From assembly GCA_007132095.1 (NCBI GenBank), contig SLPH01000064.1, positions 1 to 59,878 of the forward strand: a stretch of DNA of 59,878 nt, read 5' to 3'. Under the pieces are notes generated by a model. It saw only the letters and a program-made list of their open reading frames with translations, ran no database searches and was not told where the DNA came from. The position numbers and the translations under genes are program-made. Positions 20,588-32,083 of this stretch are shown here, in pieces. Source of the DNA: Syntrophomonadaceae bacterium. GTDB taxonomy: Bacteria; Bacillota; Dethiobacteria; DTU022. Position 1 is the stretch's first letter; every line of letters begins with the position of its first letter.

Positions 20588-21034
20588 ATGAATGAAAGAC
20601 CTGACTGGAACCAGTATTTCATGGAAATTGCCCGGGTAGTGGCGACCAGATCCACCTGCCTGCGGCGCAAGGTAGGCGCGCTTTTGGTTATAAACAAACG
20701 CATCCTGGCTACGGGCTATAACGGCACGCCGAGCGGGTTAAAACACTGTGGCGAGGTAGGCTGCCTGCGCGAACAGATGAATGTCCCCTCCGGGGAGAGA
20801 CATGAGCTCTGCCGCGGCCTTCATGCCGAGCAGAATGCAATTATACAGGCCGCAATTCACGGCGCCGCCATCAATGGGGCTGTTCTATACTGTACGCATT
20901 ATCCCTGTGTCGTCTGCGCTAAGATGCTTATCAATGCAGGAATAAGCCGGGTCGTGATGGAAAATCACTACCCGGACAGTCTATCCAAAGAGCTTTTTAA
21001 TGAGGCTGGAATCGAGGTTGGTTTTGTAGTATAA
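20588..21034 (+). CDS. dCMP deaminase-family protein
   Basis: [30 protein letters not shown] zinc motifs. Confidence 0.9.
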   Translation: MNERPDWNQYFMEIARVVATRSTCLRRKVGALLVINKRILATGYNGTPSGLKHCGEVGCLREQMNVPSGERHELCRGLHAEQNAIIQAAIHGAAINGAVLYCTHYPCVVCAKMLINAGISRVVMENHYPDSLSKELFNEAGIEVGFVV

Positions 21035-21139
21035 TTTCTTAAATATTGAAGCACAATTGTTTGAAATGTCTGTATAAATATCGTTTGAGACTGCTGCCCT
21101 TTTCCGGCAGCTTAATGCTCTAACAGGTGGTGATATTAC

Positions 21140-21466
21140 TTGACTCTTGAACTGGTTATAGCGGTTAAAGAAGCAGAAGAAAAAGCGGAACAAGAGCTTC
21201 GCGAAGCCCGTCTAAAAGCGCGTCAAAAGGTTTCTGATGCTGAGAACAGGGCTGAAGCGATTATTTCTGATGCAGTATCTGAAGCGAACGGGAAAGCTAA
21301 AGCTATGATTGAGAAAGCTGAAAAAGATGCGAAAGCTGAAGCCGAACCTCTGGCTGAACAAAACCGTAAAGATATTGAAACGCTGAAAGATAAGGCTTCA
21401 GACAAAATGCCCGAAGCAGTTGCCATGCTTACGCAGAAAGTAGTGAAACTCGATGCCGATCATTGA
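21140..21466 (+). CDS. V/A-type ATPase peripheral stalk subunit H/G
   Basis: A/E/K-rich coiled coil, first gene of the ATPase operon, AGGTGGTG RBS. Confidence 0.8.
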   Translation: MTLELVIAVKEAEEKAEQELREARLKARQKVSDAENRAEAIISDAVSEANGKAKAMIEKAEKDAKAEAEPLAEQNRKDIETLKDKASDKMPEAVAMLTQKVVKLDADH

Positions 21467-23414
21467 GATGAAAAAAGTTTTCCTGCTCGGCCACGAACAG
21501 GAAAAAAACACCATTGTCAGTGCGCTGCACAAGATGGGAGCAGTTGAACTGGTTGATGTAAAAGAGGGCGGTAGCTGGGAAGATTTCAGCCGCCTTTTAG
21601 AACCGGATCGGCCCGCAGAGGAAATTTCGGAATTGGAATCTACCCTTGGCGAGATTCGTTACTGCCTTGATTTTCTGCAGAGGTATTTCCCGGTCCGCAA
21701 AAGTTTTGTTGAGCAATTTACGGGCTCAAAGCTTTCCCTCGAACGGGAGCAGTTTGAACAACTAATCAAAAATCGCGATCAACTAAAGGATGTTGCCCGG
21801 GCCTGCCGCGAGGCTGATGAAAAAATGGCTCGTCTACGCAATGAAGAAACCCAGGCTCGCAACCTGATTGGGGAATTGGAGCCCTGGGCCTCTTTGGATG
21901 TGCCTTTTGCGGAAGTTAAAACAGGGGCCAGGGCAGTAAGAGAACTGATCACCGTACCTACGGACCGGTTCGAACTATTAAAGCAAGAGCTGGATTCCCG
22001 TTTTCCCGCTCACTACCTGGAGCCTGTTTCCGCTGATAACGAATACACCTACTGCCTGGCGATATACCTTGTTACCCATTCAGACGGAATAAGGGAGTTG
22101 TTTAAAGACGCCGCCGCTTCGACAGTCAATTTTGCTGATTTAGATAAGAAGGCGGCGGAAGAAATTGAGGAGACAAACCGACGCCTTGAAGCACTCGAAG
22201 ACAACCGGGCCGCTGTTGTGGAAGATATCGAGAAGCTGCTCGAACATCGTACCCTGCTGATGTCCTGTTACGATCATCTCCAGGCCGAAGTGGAAAAAAT
22301 GGCGGTTTCCGACAACCTGGCGCGAACAAGGTCAAGCTTTTTGCTTGAAGGTTGGGCTCCGGCCCTCGCTATCCCGGACCTCGAAAAGAAGCTCGAACAG
22401 GCAGCGTCCACTGCAGTTGTCGTTTCGCGGGATCCCGAGCCGGGGGAAGATGTGCCCGTTTTACTTCATAACAAGGGGCCTGTAGACGCCTATGAAGTAG
22501 TGACGAAACTCTACAGCACTCCCAAGAAAAATGAACTTGATCCGACGCCATACCTGGCGCCATTCTTTTTCATTTTTTTTGGCATCTGCCTGTCTGATGT
22601 CGGTTATGGAATAGTCCTATCGCTAATGGCCCTTTTTATTACCCGCAAGCTCAAACTCGGCGGGATGGGCGAGCAGCTGGTAAAACTATTATTCCTGGGC
22701 GGGATTGCTTCGATTGGGTTTGGTATACTGCTGGGAAGCTATTTTGGCGATTTGCTCGGGCTTACGCCGCTCTGGTTTAATCCGTTGGATGATCCTATGC
22801 GCATGCTGCTCTACTGCCTTATCATCGGGCTGGTTCATATTTATTTTGGGATGGGGCTGCAGGCTTATCGTAACATTAAAGCCGGTCGGCCCGTGGATGC
22901 CCTGTTTGATCAGGGCAGCTGGTTTATTTTTCTCAACGGTCTTGTTTTAATGGCTATACCGGAAACTGCGGCAATAGCAAGCTGGCTGGCAATTGGAGGC
23001 GCTGCGGCCCTGGTCTTAACTCAGGGGCGAACTCAGGACGGGGTAGTGAAAAAGTTGATGAGTGGTGTGCTCAGTCTCTACAACGTTACCGGATACCTGA
23101 GCGACGTGCTTTCCTATTCCAGGCTGCTGGCCCTGGGCCTCGCTACCGGAGTTATCGCTTCGGCCATTAATGCCATGGGAGGCATGGTCGCCGGAGGCAT
23201 TTTTGGCACTATAGTGATGGTAATCGTTCTCATGGGCGGACACCTTTTTAATATTATTATCAGTACGCTGAGCTCCTATGTTCATACGAGCCGGCTTCAG
23301 TATATCGAGTTTTTTGGTAAGTTCTTTGAAGGAGGAGGCAAGGCTTTTCAACCTTTCCGCACCTCCGGAAGTTATGTGGAGATCAATGAACCTGAAAAAG
23401 TAGAAGCGGGATAG
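21453..23414 (+). CDS. ntpI: V/A-type ATPase subunit I (a)
   Basis: ELDPTP, DVGYG, DVLSYSRLLALGLA (essential Arg), HTSRLQYIEFFGKFFEGGG. Confidence 0.95.
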   Translation: MPIIEMKKVFLLGHEQEKNTIVSALHKMGAVELVDVKEGGSWEDFSRLLEPDRPAEEISELESTLGEIRYCLDFLQRYFPVRKSFVEQFTGSKLSLEREQFEQLIKNRDQLKDVARACREADEKMARLRNEETQARNLIGELEPWASLDVPFAEVKTGARAVRELITVPTDRFELLKQELDSRFPAHYLEPVSADNEYTYCLAIYLVTHSDGIRELFKDAAASTVNFADLDKKAAEEIEETNRRLEALEDNRAAVVEDIEKLLEHRTLLMSCYDHLQAEVEKMAVSDNLARTRSSFLLEGWAPALAIPDLEKKLEQAASTAVVVSRDPEPGEDVPVLLHNKGPVDAYEVVTKLYSTPKKNELDPTPYLAPFFFIFFGICLSDVGYGIVLSLMALFITRKLKLGGMGEQLVKLLFLGGIASIGFGILLGSYFGDLLGLTPLWFNPLDDPMRMLLYCLIIGLVHIYFGMGLQAYRNIKAGRPVDALFDQGSWFIFLNGLVLMAIPETAAIASWLAIGGAAALVLTQGRTQDGVVKKLMSGVLSLYNVTGYLSDVLSYSRLLALGLATGVIASAINAMGGMVAGGIFGTIVMVIVLMGGHLFNIIISTLSSYVHTSRLQYIEFFGKFFEGGGKAFQPFRTSGSYVEINEPEKVEAG

Positions 23415-23486
23415 CGTTAGCCTTTCGGGCTGGCTATAATCAATAATCCGGCTTAAAGCCGGTCAAAGAACAGTTTTATTAATTAA

Positions 23487-23981
<495 letters not shown>

Positions 23982-23985
23982 AGGA

Positions 23986-24597
23986 GTGAGTAGCGTGCAG
24001 GAGGGTGCAGAAAAAATAATCCGGCAGATCCGGGAAGATACGCAGCAGCAGGTCGATGCCCTTGTAAGCGAAGCGAACAAAACGGCTGACCGAATTATTG
24101 CTGACGCTGAAGAAAAGGCTGCCGGCAGAAAAGAACAGTTAATAGAAAAAGCTGAAAAAGAAGCTGCAGAACAGAAACGGCGTATTTTGGGCGTAGCACA
24201 ACTGGAAGCGCGCAAAGAACTTCTAACGGCCAAGCAGGAACTTATTGAAAAGGCGTTTCGGGAGTCATTGCAGAATTTAGCTAACCTGGAAGAAGATAAG
24301 TATTTTGAACTGATAAAAAAGATGCTCCTGGTTTATGCGCAAGGCACCAACGAAGAGGTCATCTTTTCGACGGCTGACAGGGCCAGGGTCCCCTCCGGGT
24401 TTTTAGATGCGGTTAATAAGGAGCTTGCCGAAGAGGGCAAAAAAGGTAAAATATCCCTTTCAGAAGAGGAGCGCGAGCTTCAGGGAGGCTTTATCCTAAA
24501 ATCTGAGGGGCTGGAAATAAACTGTTCTTTCAGTTCTCTGCTGAACATGCAGAGAGATGAACTGGAGACTGAAGTTGCATCGCTGCTCTTTTCTTAA
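23986..24597 (+). CDS. ntpE: V/A-type ATPase subunit E
   Basis: Coiled-coil N-terminus; C-terminal GGFIL...INCSF. Confidence 0.9.
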   Translation: MSSVQEGAEKIIRQIREDTQQQVDALVSEANKTADRIIADAEEKAAGRKEQLIEKAEKEAAEQKRRILGVAQLEARKELLTAKQELIEKAFRESLQNLANLEEDKYFELIKKMLLVYAQGTNEEVIFSTADRARVPSGFLDAVNKELAEEGKKGKISLSEEERELQGGFILKSEGLEINCSFSSLLNMQRDELETEVASLLFS

Positions 24598-24634
24598 GCA
24601 GTAAGCTTTCCTCCAGGAAAGGAGAGCAAAATAT

Positions 24635-25639
24635 ATGCCATCGGACGATACAATCTATGCATATGCGGTAGGGCGCACTAGGGCGCTTGAGAAAAGGCTG
24701 TTAGAAAAAAGCCAGATAGAGAGAATGATTGAAGCTTCCTCCGCGGAAGATGTAATCAAGGTTCTCTCCGAATCGGACTACGCCAATGCCCTGGCCGACC
24801 TGACGGATATTTATGATTTTGAAAAAGTATTGCAGTCTGAGTTGCAAAAAAGCCTGGAACTGATTAAGAGCATTAGCCCTAAACCTGAGCTCATTGCCTT
24901 GATGGCTCTCAGGTATGATGTTCATAACCTGAAAGTTATTTTTAAAGCGAAGTACCTGGGCATAAAAAGCGATCTGATTGTTCCGGCCGGCACTATCGCG
25001 GCACCCAGGCTGCAGTCGGCGGTTGATGAAGAAGACTTCCGTGATCTGCCGGACAGGCTGCGCAAAGCGTGCGAAATGATTACGGAAGGCTTTCCCGTTA
25101 GCAGGGATCCTCAACTGATAGATATAAACCTTGATCAGGCGCTGTTTGAGCAACTTTTGCATGATGCGAAAAGGCTGAATAACGCTTACATGGAGGGCCT
25201 CTTCTCCCGCCAGGTTGATTTGATTAACCTGAAAACCCTGGTCAGGGTAAAAAGGATGGGCCTGGATCGCGAATTTTTGAAGAAAGCCCTCATCAGCGGC
25301 GGCTTTCTTGCGCATGACCGGCTGACCGTTTTTATTGATGAGCCTCTTGAGTCATTGATAACCGGCCTTTCGATGAGCCAGTACAGCGAGCTCGCTGCAG
25401 AAGGGATCAGGGATTGGATTGACAAAGGTACTGCATCAAGGCTTGAAAAGCTGGCAGACGATTACATTACCGGCTACCTGAAAAAAGGCAAATGGTCTCC
25501 ATTCGGGGTTGAGCCGCTGATAGGCTATCTCTGGGCAAAGGAAATTGAGATCAAAAATATTCGCTTACTAATGGTTGGCAAGATCAATAAGCTGCCCTCT
25601 GAAGCGATCAGGGAGCGAATACGCGATGTCTACATATAA
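24635..25639 (+). CDS. ntpC: V/A-type ATPase subunit C
   Basis: [34 protein letters not shown]. Confidence 0.93.
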   Translation: MPSDDTIYAYAVGRTRALEKRLLEKSQIERMIEASSAEDVIKVLSESDYANALADLTDIYDFEKVLQSELQKSLELIKSISPKPELIALMALRYDVHNLKVIFKAKYLGIKSDLIVPAGTIAAPRLQSAVDEEDFRDLPDRLRKACEMITEGFPVSRDPQLIDINLDQALFEQLLHDAKRLNNAYMEGLFSRQVDLINLKTLVRVKRMGLDREFLKKALISGGFLAHDRLTVFIDEPLESLITGLSMSQYSELAAEGIRDWIDKGTASRLEKLADDYITGYLKKGKWSPFGVEPLIGYLWAKEIEIKNIRLLMVGKINKLPSEAIRERIRDVYI

Positions 25640-25955
25640 AATTGCCGTTGTTGGCGATAATGATTCAATACTTGGCTTCAAAACAATTGGTATAGATACA
25701 TACCCGGCCAGCGATGCCCAAACCGGGTTAAGTATATTGAAAAAGCTGGCCGGCGAAAATTACGGTGTGATCTTTATAACCGAAGAGCTGGCTGCCGAGC
25801 TTGAAGATGTTATAAAAGAACTTAACAAGCGCATATTGCCCGCAGTGGTATTGATCCCGAACAGCAAAGGCACACTGGGCCTCGGGATGCGGCGGATAAA
25901 AGATAACGTGGAAAAAGCGATTGGCGCCGATATTCTTTTCAGGAAAGAAGGTTGA
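25626..25955 (+). CDS. V/A-type ATPase subunit F
   Basis: [18 protein letters not shown]...VEKAIGADI; ATG 25626 overlaps the end of subunit C. Confidence 0.93.
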   Translation: MSTYKIAVVGDNDSILGFKTIGIDTYPASDAQTGLSILKKLAGENYGVIFITEELAAELEDVIKELNKRILPAVVLIPNSKGTLGLGMRRIKDNVEKAIGADILFRKEG

Positions 25956-25959
25956 TAAC

Positions 25960-27744
25960 TTGGATGCAGGCAGGATTACCAAGGTTTCAGGCCCTTTAGT
26001 TGTGGCAGATAAAATGAGCGATGCTCGTATGTACGATATGGTCAAGGTTAGCGATGCCAGGCTGCTCGGTGAAATTATTGAGCTGCGCGGTGACCGCGCT
26101 TCGATCCAGGTATATGAAGAAACAGGAGGCCTTGGTCCCGGTGAGCCGGTATACAGCACCGGTGATCCCTTAAGCGTTGAACTCGGACCCGGATTAATCG
26201 AAGCGATATTTGACGGTGTTCAGCGCCCGCTTGACGTGATCAGGGAGCAGGTTGGCGATTACATTACCCGAGGCGTTGAGGTCAACCCCCTGAGCCGCGA
26301 GAAACGCTGGCATTTCGTTCCCAGGGTTAAAGCCGGGGACAGCGTGGTGCCCGGTGACATTCTCGGCACCGTTCAGGAAACAACCCTGGTTGAGCACAGG
26401 ATTATGGTGCCGCCCAATCGTAAAGGCGGTACTGTAAAAGATATAAAAGAAGGAGAGTTTACGGTTGAAGATGTGATCGCTGTTATCGATACCGACGATG
26501 GCCGGCAGGAACTGACGATGATGCATCGCTGGCCGATTCGCAAGGGACGCCCCTACAGCGAAAAATTGGGCCCCCATGTTCCGATGATCACCGGCCAGCG
26601 GATCATTGACACTTTCTTCCCTGTTGCCAAAGGCGGTACGGCCTGTATCCCCGGACCGTTCGGGAGCGGCAAGACGGTAACGCAGCACCAGCTGGCCAAG
26701 TGGGCTGACGCTGAAATAGTTGTTTACATTGGCTGCGGAGAACGCGGCAATGAGATGACAGATGTGTTGATGGAATTCCCCGAGCTTAAAGACCCGAAAT
26801 CAGGGGAACCGTTGATGAAGAGGACAGTGCTAATCGCCAACACCTCCAATATGCCTGTGGCAGCGCGTGAAGCTTCAATATATACCGGCATTACCATTGC
26901 GGAGTACTTCCGCGATATGGGCTATAGCGTTGCCCTGATGGCTGATTCCACCTCTCGCTGGGCCGAGGCGCTCCGCGAGATGTCAGGACGCCTCGAAGAA
27001 ATGCCCGGTGAAGAAGGATATCCCGCTTACCTCGGTTCGCGCTTAGCTGATTTTTACGAGCGTTCCGGCAGAACAATCTGTCTTGGAAGCGATGGCCGTG
27101 AAGGCGCCCTTACCGCTGTCGGCGCTGTCTCGCCTCCGGGCGGGGACCTTTCGGAACCTGTTTCGCAGGGCACCCTGCGCATTGTTAAGGTCTTCTGGGG
27201 CCTTGACGCTTCGCTCGCATACCGGCGCCACTTCCCTGCTATTAACTGGCTGCTCAGCTACTCGTTATACCTTGAAGATGTTGCAGAATACTTCAGCGAA
27301 ACGATAGGCGAACAGTGGAACGAAATGAGGCGCGAAGCGATGAAACTGCTCCAGGAAGAGGCCGAATTGGAAGAAATTGTCCGCCTGGTTGGCGTTGATG
27401 CCCTATCTGCAAAAGAACGCTTGATCCTGGAAACATCGAAATCACTGCGCGAGGATTTTCTGCATCAAAATGCCATGCATGAAATCGATACTTACAGCTC
27501 CCTGGATAAACAGTTCAGCATGCTGGATATGATCCTGATGTTTCATCACGAAGCGCTTGCTGTTGTTGAAAAAGGAGAACTTGACCTGGATCTGGAAAAA
27601 ATGTTCGCCCTGCCTGTTCGCGAACGGATAGCCCGGGCCAGGTACGTGCCGGAAGAAGAACTGAAAGACCTGCAAACGATCAAAGATGATATTAAAAAGC
27701 AGATTGCCTCATTAACAGGGGAAGGAGGAGATGAGGATGCTTAA
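25960..27744 (+). CDS. ntpA: V/A-type ATPase catalytic subunit A
   Basis: [40 protein letters not shown]. Confidence 0.98.
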   Translation: MDAGRITKVSGPLVVADKMSDARMYDMVKVSDARLLGEIIELRGDRASIQVYEETGGLGPGEPVYSTGDPLSVELGPGLIEAIFDGVQRPLDVIREQVGDYITRGVEVNPLSREKRWHFVPRVKAGDSVVPGDILGTVQETTLVEHRIMVPPNRKGGTVKDIKEGEFTVEDVIAVIDTDDGRQELTMMHRWPIRKGRPYSEKLGPHVPMITGQRIIDTFFPVAKGGTACIPGPFGSGKTVTQHQLAKWADAEIVVYIGCGERGNEMTDVLMEFPELKDPKSGEPLMKRTVLIANTSNMPVAAREASIYTGITIAEYFRDMGYSVALMADSTSRWAEALREMSGRLEEMPGEEGYPAYLGSRLADFYERSGRTICLGSDGREGALTAVGAVSPPGGDLSEPVSQGTLRIVKVFWGLDASLAYRRHFPAINWLLSYSLYLEDVAEYFSETIGEQWNEMRREAMKLLQEEAELEEIVRLVGVDALSAKERLILETSKSLREDFLHQNAMHEIDTYSSLDKQFSMLDMILMFHHEALAVVEKGELDLDLEKMFALPVRERIARARYVPEEELKDLQTIKDDIKKQIASLTGEGGDEDA

Positions 27745-29119
27745 AGAATATAAAACCATTATAGATGTCGCCGGTCCCCTGATGTTGGTGGAAAAAGTTG
27801 AGGGAATCAAGTACGGCGAGTTAACTGAAATCGAACTGCCGGGCGGCGAGGTCCGGCGCGGACAGGTTCTGGAAGTTGACCGCGATAGAGCGCTGGTTCA
27901 GATTTTTGAAGGCTCAACGGGCCTTAATATTGGCACGGCAAAGGTGCGTTTCCTCGGGAAAGCGATTGAACTTCCCGTATCGGTTGATATGCTCGGCCGG
28001 GTTTTTAGCGGGTTGGGTGCTCCCCGTGATAAGGGTCCCAAAATTATTCCCGAGAAACGCCTTGATATAAACGGGTTTCCCATTAACCCCTATGCCCGTG
28101 ATTATCCGTCAGAGTTCATCCAAACCGGAGTATCGGCCATAGATGGCATGAACACCATGGTCCGGGGCCAGAAGTTGCCAATTTTCTCCAGCTCGGGGCT
28201 GCCCCACTCCCGCCTGGCTGCCCAGGTTGCCCGCCAGGCCAAGGTTCTCGGCACCGAATCCAAGTTTGCTGTTGTTTTTGCCGCTATGGGCATCACTTTT
28301 GAAGAGGCCAACTATTTTATCACCGATTTCCGTAAAACCGGGGCCATTGAAAGAGCAATACTCTTCATAAACCTGGCCGACGATCCGACAATTGAAAGGA
28401 TTGCCACGCCAAGGATGGCCCTGACAGCGGCCGAATACCTGGCCTATGAGAAAGATATGCATGTGCTGGTTATATTAACCGACCTGACAAATTACGCTGA
28501 AGCGCTGCGCGAAATTTCTGCGGCCCGCAAAGAGGTTCCGGGACGGCGCGGTTATCCCGGTTACCTTTACACGGACCTTTCTTCAATTTACGAGCGGGCA
28601 GGCCGTATCCAGGGTCGTGATGGCTCGATTACACAGCTGCCGATCCTGACAATGCCTGAAAATGATAAAACTCACCCCATTCCCGATCTAACCGGTTATA
28701 TTACCGAAGGCCAGATTATTCTCAGCCAGGAACTGCACCGGAAAGGGCTCTACCCGCCCATCGATGTTCTGCCCTCCCTGTCGCGCTTAAAGGACAAAGG
28801 TATTGGGGAAGGCAAAACACGTGAAGACCATGCCGATACCATGAACCAGCTTTACGCGGCTTACGCCCGCGGCAAGGAAGCAAAAGAGCTGGCGGCAATC
28901 CTCGGTGAAGCGGCACTATCGGAGGCGGATAAAAAGTTTTCCCGTTTTGCCGATGAATTTGAGAGCCGCTATGTGACCCAGGGCGAGGAGGAAGATCGCA
29001 GCATTGAAGAAACCCTTGAACTGGGCTGGGAGCTTTTAGCCCTGCTGCCCAAGGTTGAACTCAAAAGGGTTCGCGATGCTTACATTGAAAAGTACCTGCC
29101 TGACCAGGAGGAGGGCTAA
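27737..29119 (+). CDS. ntpB: V/A-type ATPase subunit B
   Basis: [40 protein letters not shown]. Confidence 0.98.
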   Translation: MLKEYKTIIDVAGPLMLVEKVEGIKYGELTEIELPGGEVRRGQVLEVDRDRALVQIFEGSTGLNIGTAKVRFLGKAIELPVSVDMLGRVFSGLGAPRDKGPKIIPEKRLDINGFPINPYARDYPSEFIQTGVSAIDGMNTMVRGQKLPIFSSSGLPHSRLAAQVARQAKVLGTESKFAVVFAAMGITFEEANYFITDFRKTGAIERAILFINLADDPTIERIATPRMALTAAEYLAYEKDMHVLVILTDLTNYAEALREISAARKEVPGRRGYPGYLYTDLSSIYERAGRIQGRDGSITQLPILTMPENDKTHPIPDLTGYITEGQIILSQELHRKGLYPPIDVLPSLSRLKDKGIGEGKTREDHADTMNQLYAAYARGKEAKELAAILGEAALSEADKKFSRFADEFESRYVTQGEEEDRSIEETLELGWELLALLPKVELKRVRDAYIEKYLPDQEEG

Positions 29120-29121
29120 GC

Positions 29122-29766
29122 ATGGAAATTCGGGTTAATCCCACCCGCATGGAGCTTAACCGCCTCAAGAAACGCCTTAAAATGGCGGAGCGGGGTCACA
29201 AACTGTTAAAGGATAAACGGGACGAGTTAATCCGCCAGTTTCTGATCCTGGTGCGCAAAAACAAAGAACTGCGGGAACACATTGAAAAAGAGCTTTCCGC
29301 GGCTTTTGCCAAGTTTTTGCTGGCCAGGGCTGTCATGCCGGCTGAAACCATGGAAGAGGCTCTCATGTATCCGACAAGGCGTCTCAGCCTGCAGATTACA
29401 AAGCAGAACATTATGAGTGTATATGCTCCTAAAATGCAGTGGGACGAGGAAGAAGCTGCAGAAGGTGAGGGTGCCAGTATTTACCCCTACGGTTTTGCCG
29501 ACACCTCTGCCGAGCTTGATACTTCCATTGAAACGCTTTCCGGCATCCTGCCCAGCCTGCTTGAGCTGGCCGAAGTGGAAAAGTCGGTTCAGCTATTGGC
29601 CGAGGAAATTGAAAAAACAAGGCGCAGGGTTAACGCACTCGAGTATGTATTAATACCGAAGCTGCAGGAAACCAGCCGTTACATAACAATGAAGCTTGAT
29701 GAAAATGAACGCGGAGCCCTGACCCGCCTGATGAAAATTAAAGATGTAGTGCGCTCAAAAATGTAG
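29122..29766 (+). CDS. ntpD: V/A-type ATPase subunit D
   Basis: VNPTRMEL, RGHKLLKDKRDEL, EIEKTRRRVNALE. Confidence 0.97.
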   Translation: MEIRVNPTRMELNRLKKRLKMAERGHKLLKDKRDELIRQFLILVRKNKELREHIEKELSAAFAKFLLARAVMPAETMEEALMYPTRRLSLQITKQNIMSVYAPKMQWDEEEAAEGEGASIYPYGFADTSAELDTSIETLSGILPSLLELAEVEKSVQLLAEEIEKTRRRVNALEYVLIPKLQETSRYITMKLDENERGALTRLMKIKDVVRSKM

Positions 29767-29816
29767 GCCCGGCTGCATCAACTGTTAGCCTGGCCGGTTG
29801 CAGGCGGTTACTGCCT

Positions 29817-30866
29817 ATGTACATATATGCCGGCAATCTGCATATTCACAGTTCTTATTCAGACGGAAGCGGCAGCATTGAAGAGGTAGCTGCCGCTGCT
29901 GCCGATGCCGGTTTGAGCTTTATTGCCGTAACTGATCACCGGGTCCTTACGGGATTAAGGGAAGAGGCGTTCATCAACGGCGTTGCCGTTCTGGTAGGCG
30001 TCGAACTTAACCGGGACAGTAACCACTACCTGGCTTTCGGTCTTTCAAAAGTGCCCGTGATTGATGAAGATGATCCCCAGCAGTTGATCGACTGGGTCCG
30101 TAATGCCGGGGCTCTCGGTTTTCTTGCCCACCCTTTTGAGAAAGGTTCGCCTTACATAGAAAAGGGCCGCTGCTATCCCTGGCAGGTATGGCCTGTTTTT
30201 AACTTTAACGGCCTTGAAATATGGAATTATTCATCCCACTGGCGCGGCAGGCATCCTTCGCTTTTCAGAACCCTCTACTATTTCTTTTTAAACCGTAAGG
30301 CGGCAATGGACGGGCCTCCCCCGGAGCTTTTACGGCTATGGGATTGTTACAACGCGGCCGGTTATAAAGTAACGGCGATAGGAAGCACCGATGCCCATGC
30401 TTTTCCCTACCAGCTGGGTCCATTCAAAATGGAGCTCTTTCCTTATGCTTACCTTTTCAAAACCATTAACACCTATATCTGCCTCGGCGAAAGGCTGAGC
30501 ACTAACTTTGCAGAGGCAAAAAAACAGATCTACGGAGCCCTTGGCAGCGGCAGCTGTTACATATCTTTTGACAGCCTTTTTCCCGGAAAGGGATTCAGTT
30601 TTTACGGCGAGGTTAAAGGCCGGCAGGTAGCCATGGGGCAAACTCTGGTTAGCCCCGGCCGTTGTTTCCTGAGAATAGAAGCTCCGACAGAACGGGCTCT
30701 TCTGAGGCTGCTGCATAATGGCAGGGTTATAGAGTCATCTAAGGGCTCTAGCCTGGCAATAAGCGTGACCGAACCGGGGGTATACCGGGCAGAAGCTTTC
30801 TTCAAGCCACGATTGGGTAAGGCCAGGCCCTGGATTTATTCGAACCCAATTTTTATCGAGTCATAG
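29817..30866 (+). CDS. PHP-domain metallohydrolase (CehA/McbA-like)
   Basis: GNLHIHSSYSDG, VTDH, LAHP, GSTDAH; C-terminal WIYSNPIF. Confidence 0.8.
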   Translation: MYIYAGNLHIHSSYSDGSGSIEEVAAAAADAGLSFIAVTDHRVLTGLREEAFINGVAVLVGVELNRDSNHYLAFGLSKVPVIDEDDPQQLIDWVRNAGALGFLAHPFEKGSPYIEKGRCYPWQVWPVFNFNGLEIWNYSSHWRGRHPSLFRTLYYFFLNRKAAMDGPPPELLRLWDCYNAAGYKVTAIGSTDAHAFPYQLGPFKMELFPYAYLFKTINTYICLGERLSTNFAEAKKQIYGALGSGSCYISFDSLFPGKGFSFYGEVKGRQVAMGQTLVSPGRCFLRIEAPTERALLRLLHNGRVIESSKGSSLAISVTEPGVYRAEAFFKPRLGKARPWIYSNPIFIES

Positions 30867-30953
30867 TCTGTTTTTATCAGGATCACCCTCCCGCTTAAGG
30901 CCCCTGTAGTGTTATACTATAAGTAACGATAAATTTTCAGGAGGTAATTACTA

Positions 30954-31952
30954 ATGTTAAAATTGGGTATCAATGGCTTCGGCCGGATCGGCCGTTTAAT
31001 GATGCGCGCCTCTTTAGGGCGCGATGATGTAAAGGTAGTTGCGGCAAATGATCTGGCTGATAACGCAACGATGGCCCACCTGTTTAAATATGATTCTGTC
31101 TACGGCGCTATTGGAAGAGAAATTAAGGTAAATGATGAAGGATTTCTGCTTGACGGCGAGCAGATCAAAATATTTACTGAAAGAGAGCCATCCAACCTTC
31201 CCTGGAAAGATAGCGGCGTTGATGTTGTCATCGAATCCACCGGGATTTTCACCTCACGTGAGGCGGCAGCGGCACACCTGGAAGCAGGCGCTAAAAAAGT
31301 GATTATTTCTGCCCCGGCCAAAGTTGATGTCGTGCTTGTGCTTGGGGTTAATGAAGACAAATATGACCCAAAAGAGCACACAATTATTTCGAATGCATCC
31401 TGCACCACCAACGCCCTGGCTCCGCTCGTAAAAGTTCTCCACAACAGTTTCGGCCTTAAGAGGGGGCTGATGAACACCACTCACGCGTACACCAATGACC
31501 AGCAGCTTCACGATGCGCCGCACAAAGATCTGAGGCGGGCCCGTGCGGCCGCTGTATCGATGATTCCTACCACCACCGGCGCTGCGAAAACAGTGGGCGA
31601 GGTAATTCCGGAGCTTAAAGGCAGGATTGACGGTTTTGCTATCCGCGTTCCCAACGCTTCGGTTTCCCTGGTTGATTTTGTAGCTGATTTGGAGCGCAAT
31701 GTTACCGTGGAAGAGGTTAACGCAGCTTTTAAAGCGGAAGCGGATCAATCTCCTTATTTCGCATATAGCGATGAACCGCTTGTTTCGGTGGATTACGTGG
31801 GCAGCCCTTACTCATCAACCGTAGATGCCCTTTCGACCATGGTCATTGAAGGCAGCATGGTTCGGGTTCTGGCCTGGTATGATAACGAATGGGGTTATGC
31901 AAATCGCCTTGTGGATCTGGCGGCCCTGGTAAGCAAACGCGGCCTCCGGTAA
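30954..31952 (+). CDS. gap: Glyceraldehyde-3-phosphate dehydrogenase type I
   Basis: GINGFGRIGR, SNASCTTN, DLRRARAA, WYDNEWGY. Confidence 0.97.
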   Translation: MLKLGINGFGRIGRLMMRASLGRDDVKVVAANDLADNATMAHLFKYDSVYGAIGREIKVNDEGFLLDGEQIKIFTEREPSNLPWKDSGVDVVIESTGIFTSREAAAAHLEAGAKKVIISAPAKVDVVLVLGVNEDKYDPKEHTIISNASCTTNALAPLVKVLHNSFGLKRGLMNTTHAYTNDQQLHDAPHKDLRRARAAAVSMIPTTTGAAKTVGEVIPELKGRIDGFAIRVPNASVSLVDFVADLERNVTVEEVNAAFKAEADQSPYFAYSDEPLVSVDYVGSPYSSTVDALSTMVIEGSMVRVLAWYDNEWGYANRLVDLAALVSKRGLR

Positions 31953-31986
31953 AGGCAAGGTTAAGAAAACGGAGCCGTTGCAGCTG

Positions 31987-32018
31987 AAAAAGGTTTCCTT
32001 CTCAGGGGGAGCCTTTTT
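31987..32018 (+). terminator. Intrinsic (possibly bidirectional) terminator
   Basis: AAAAAGGTTTCCTT-CTC-AGGGGGAGCCTTTTT. Confidence 0.7.
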
Positions 32019-32083
32019 CCTTACAGATGACGGCGATGGCCCGCAGTGTTATAATTAAGCCTATCAAACCCGGGGGAGGAGAT

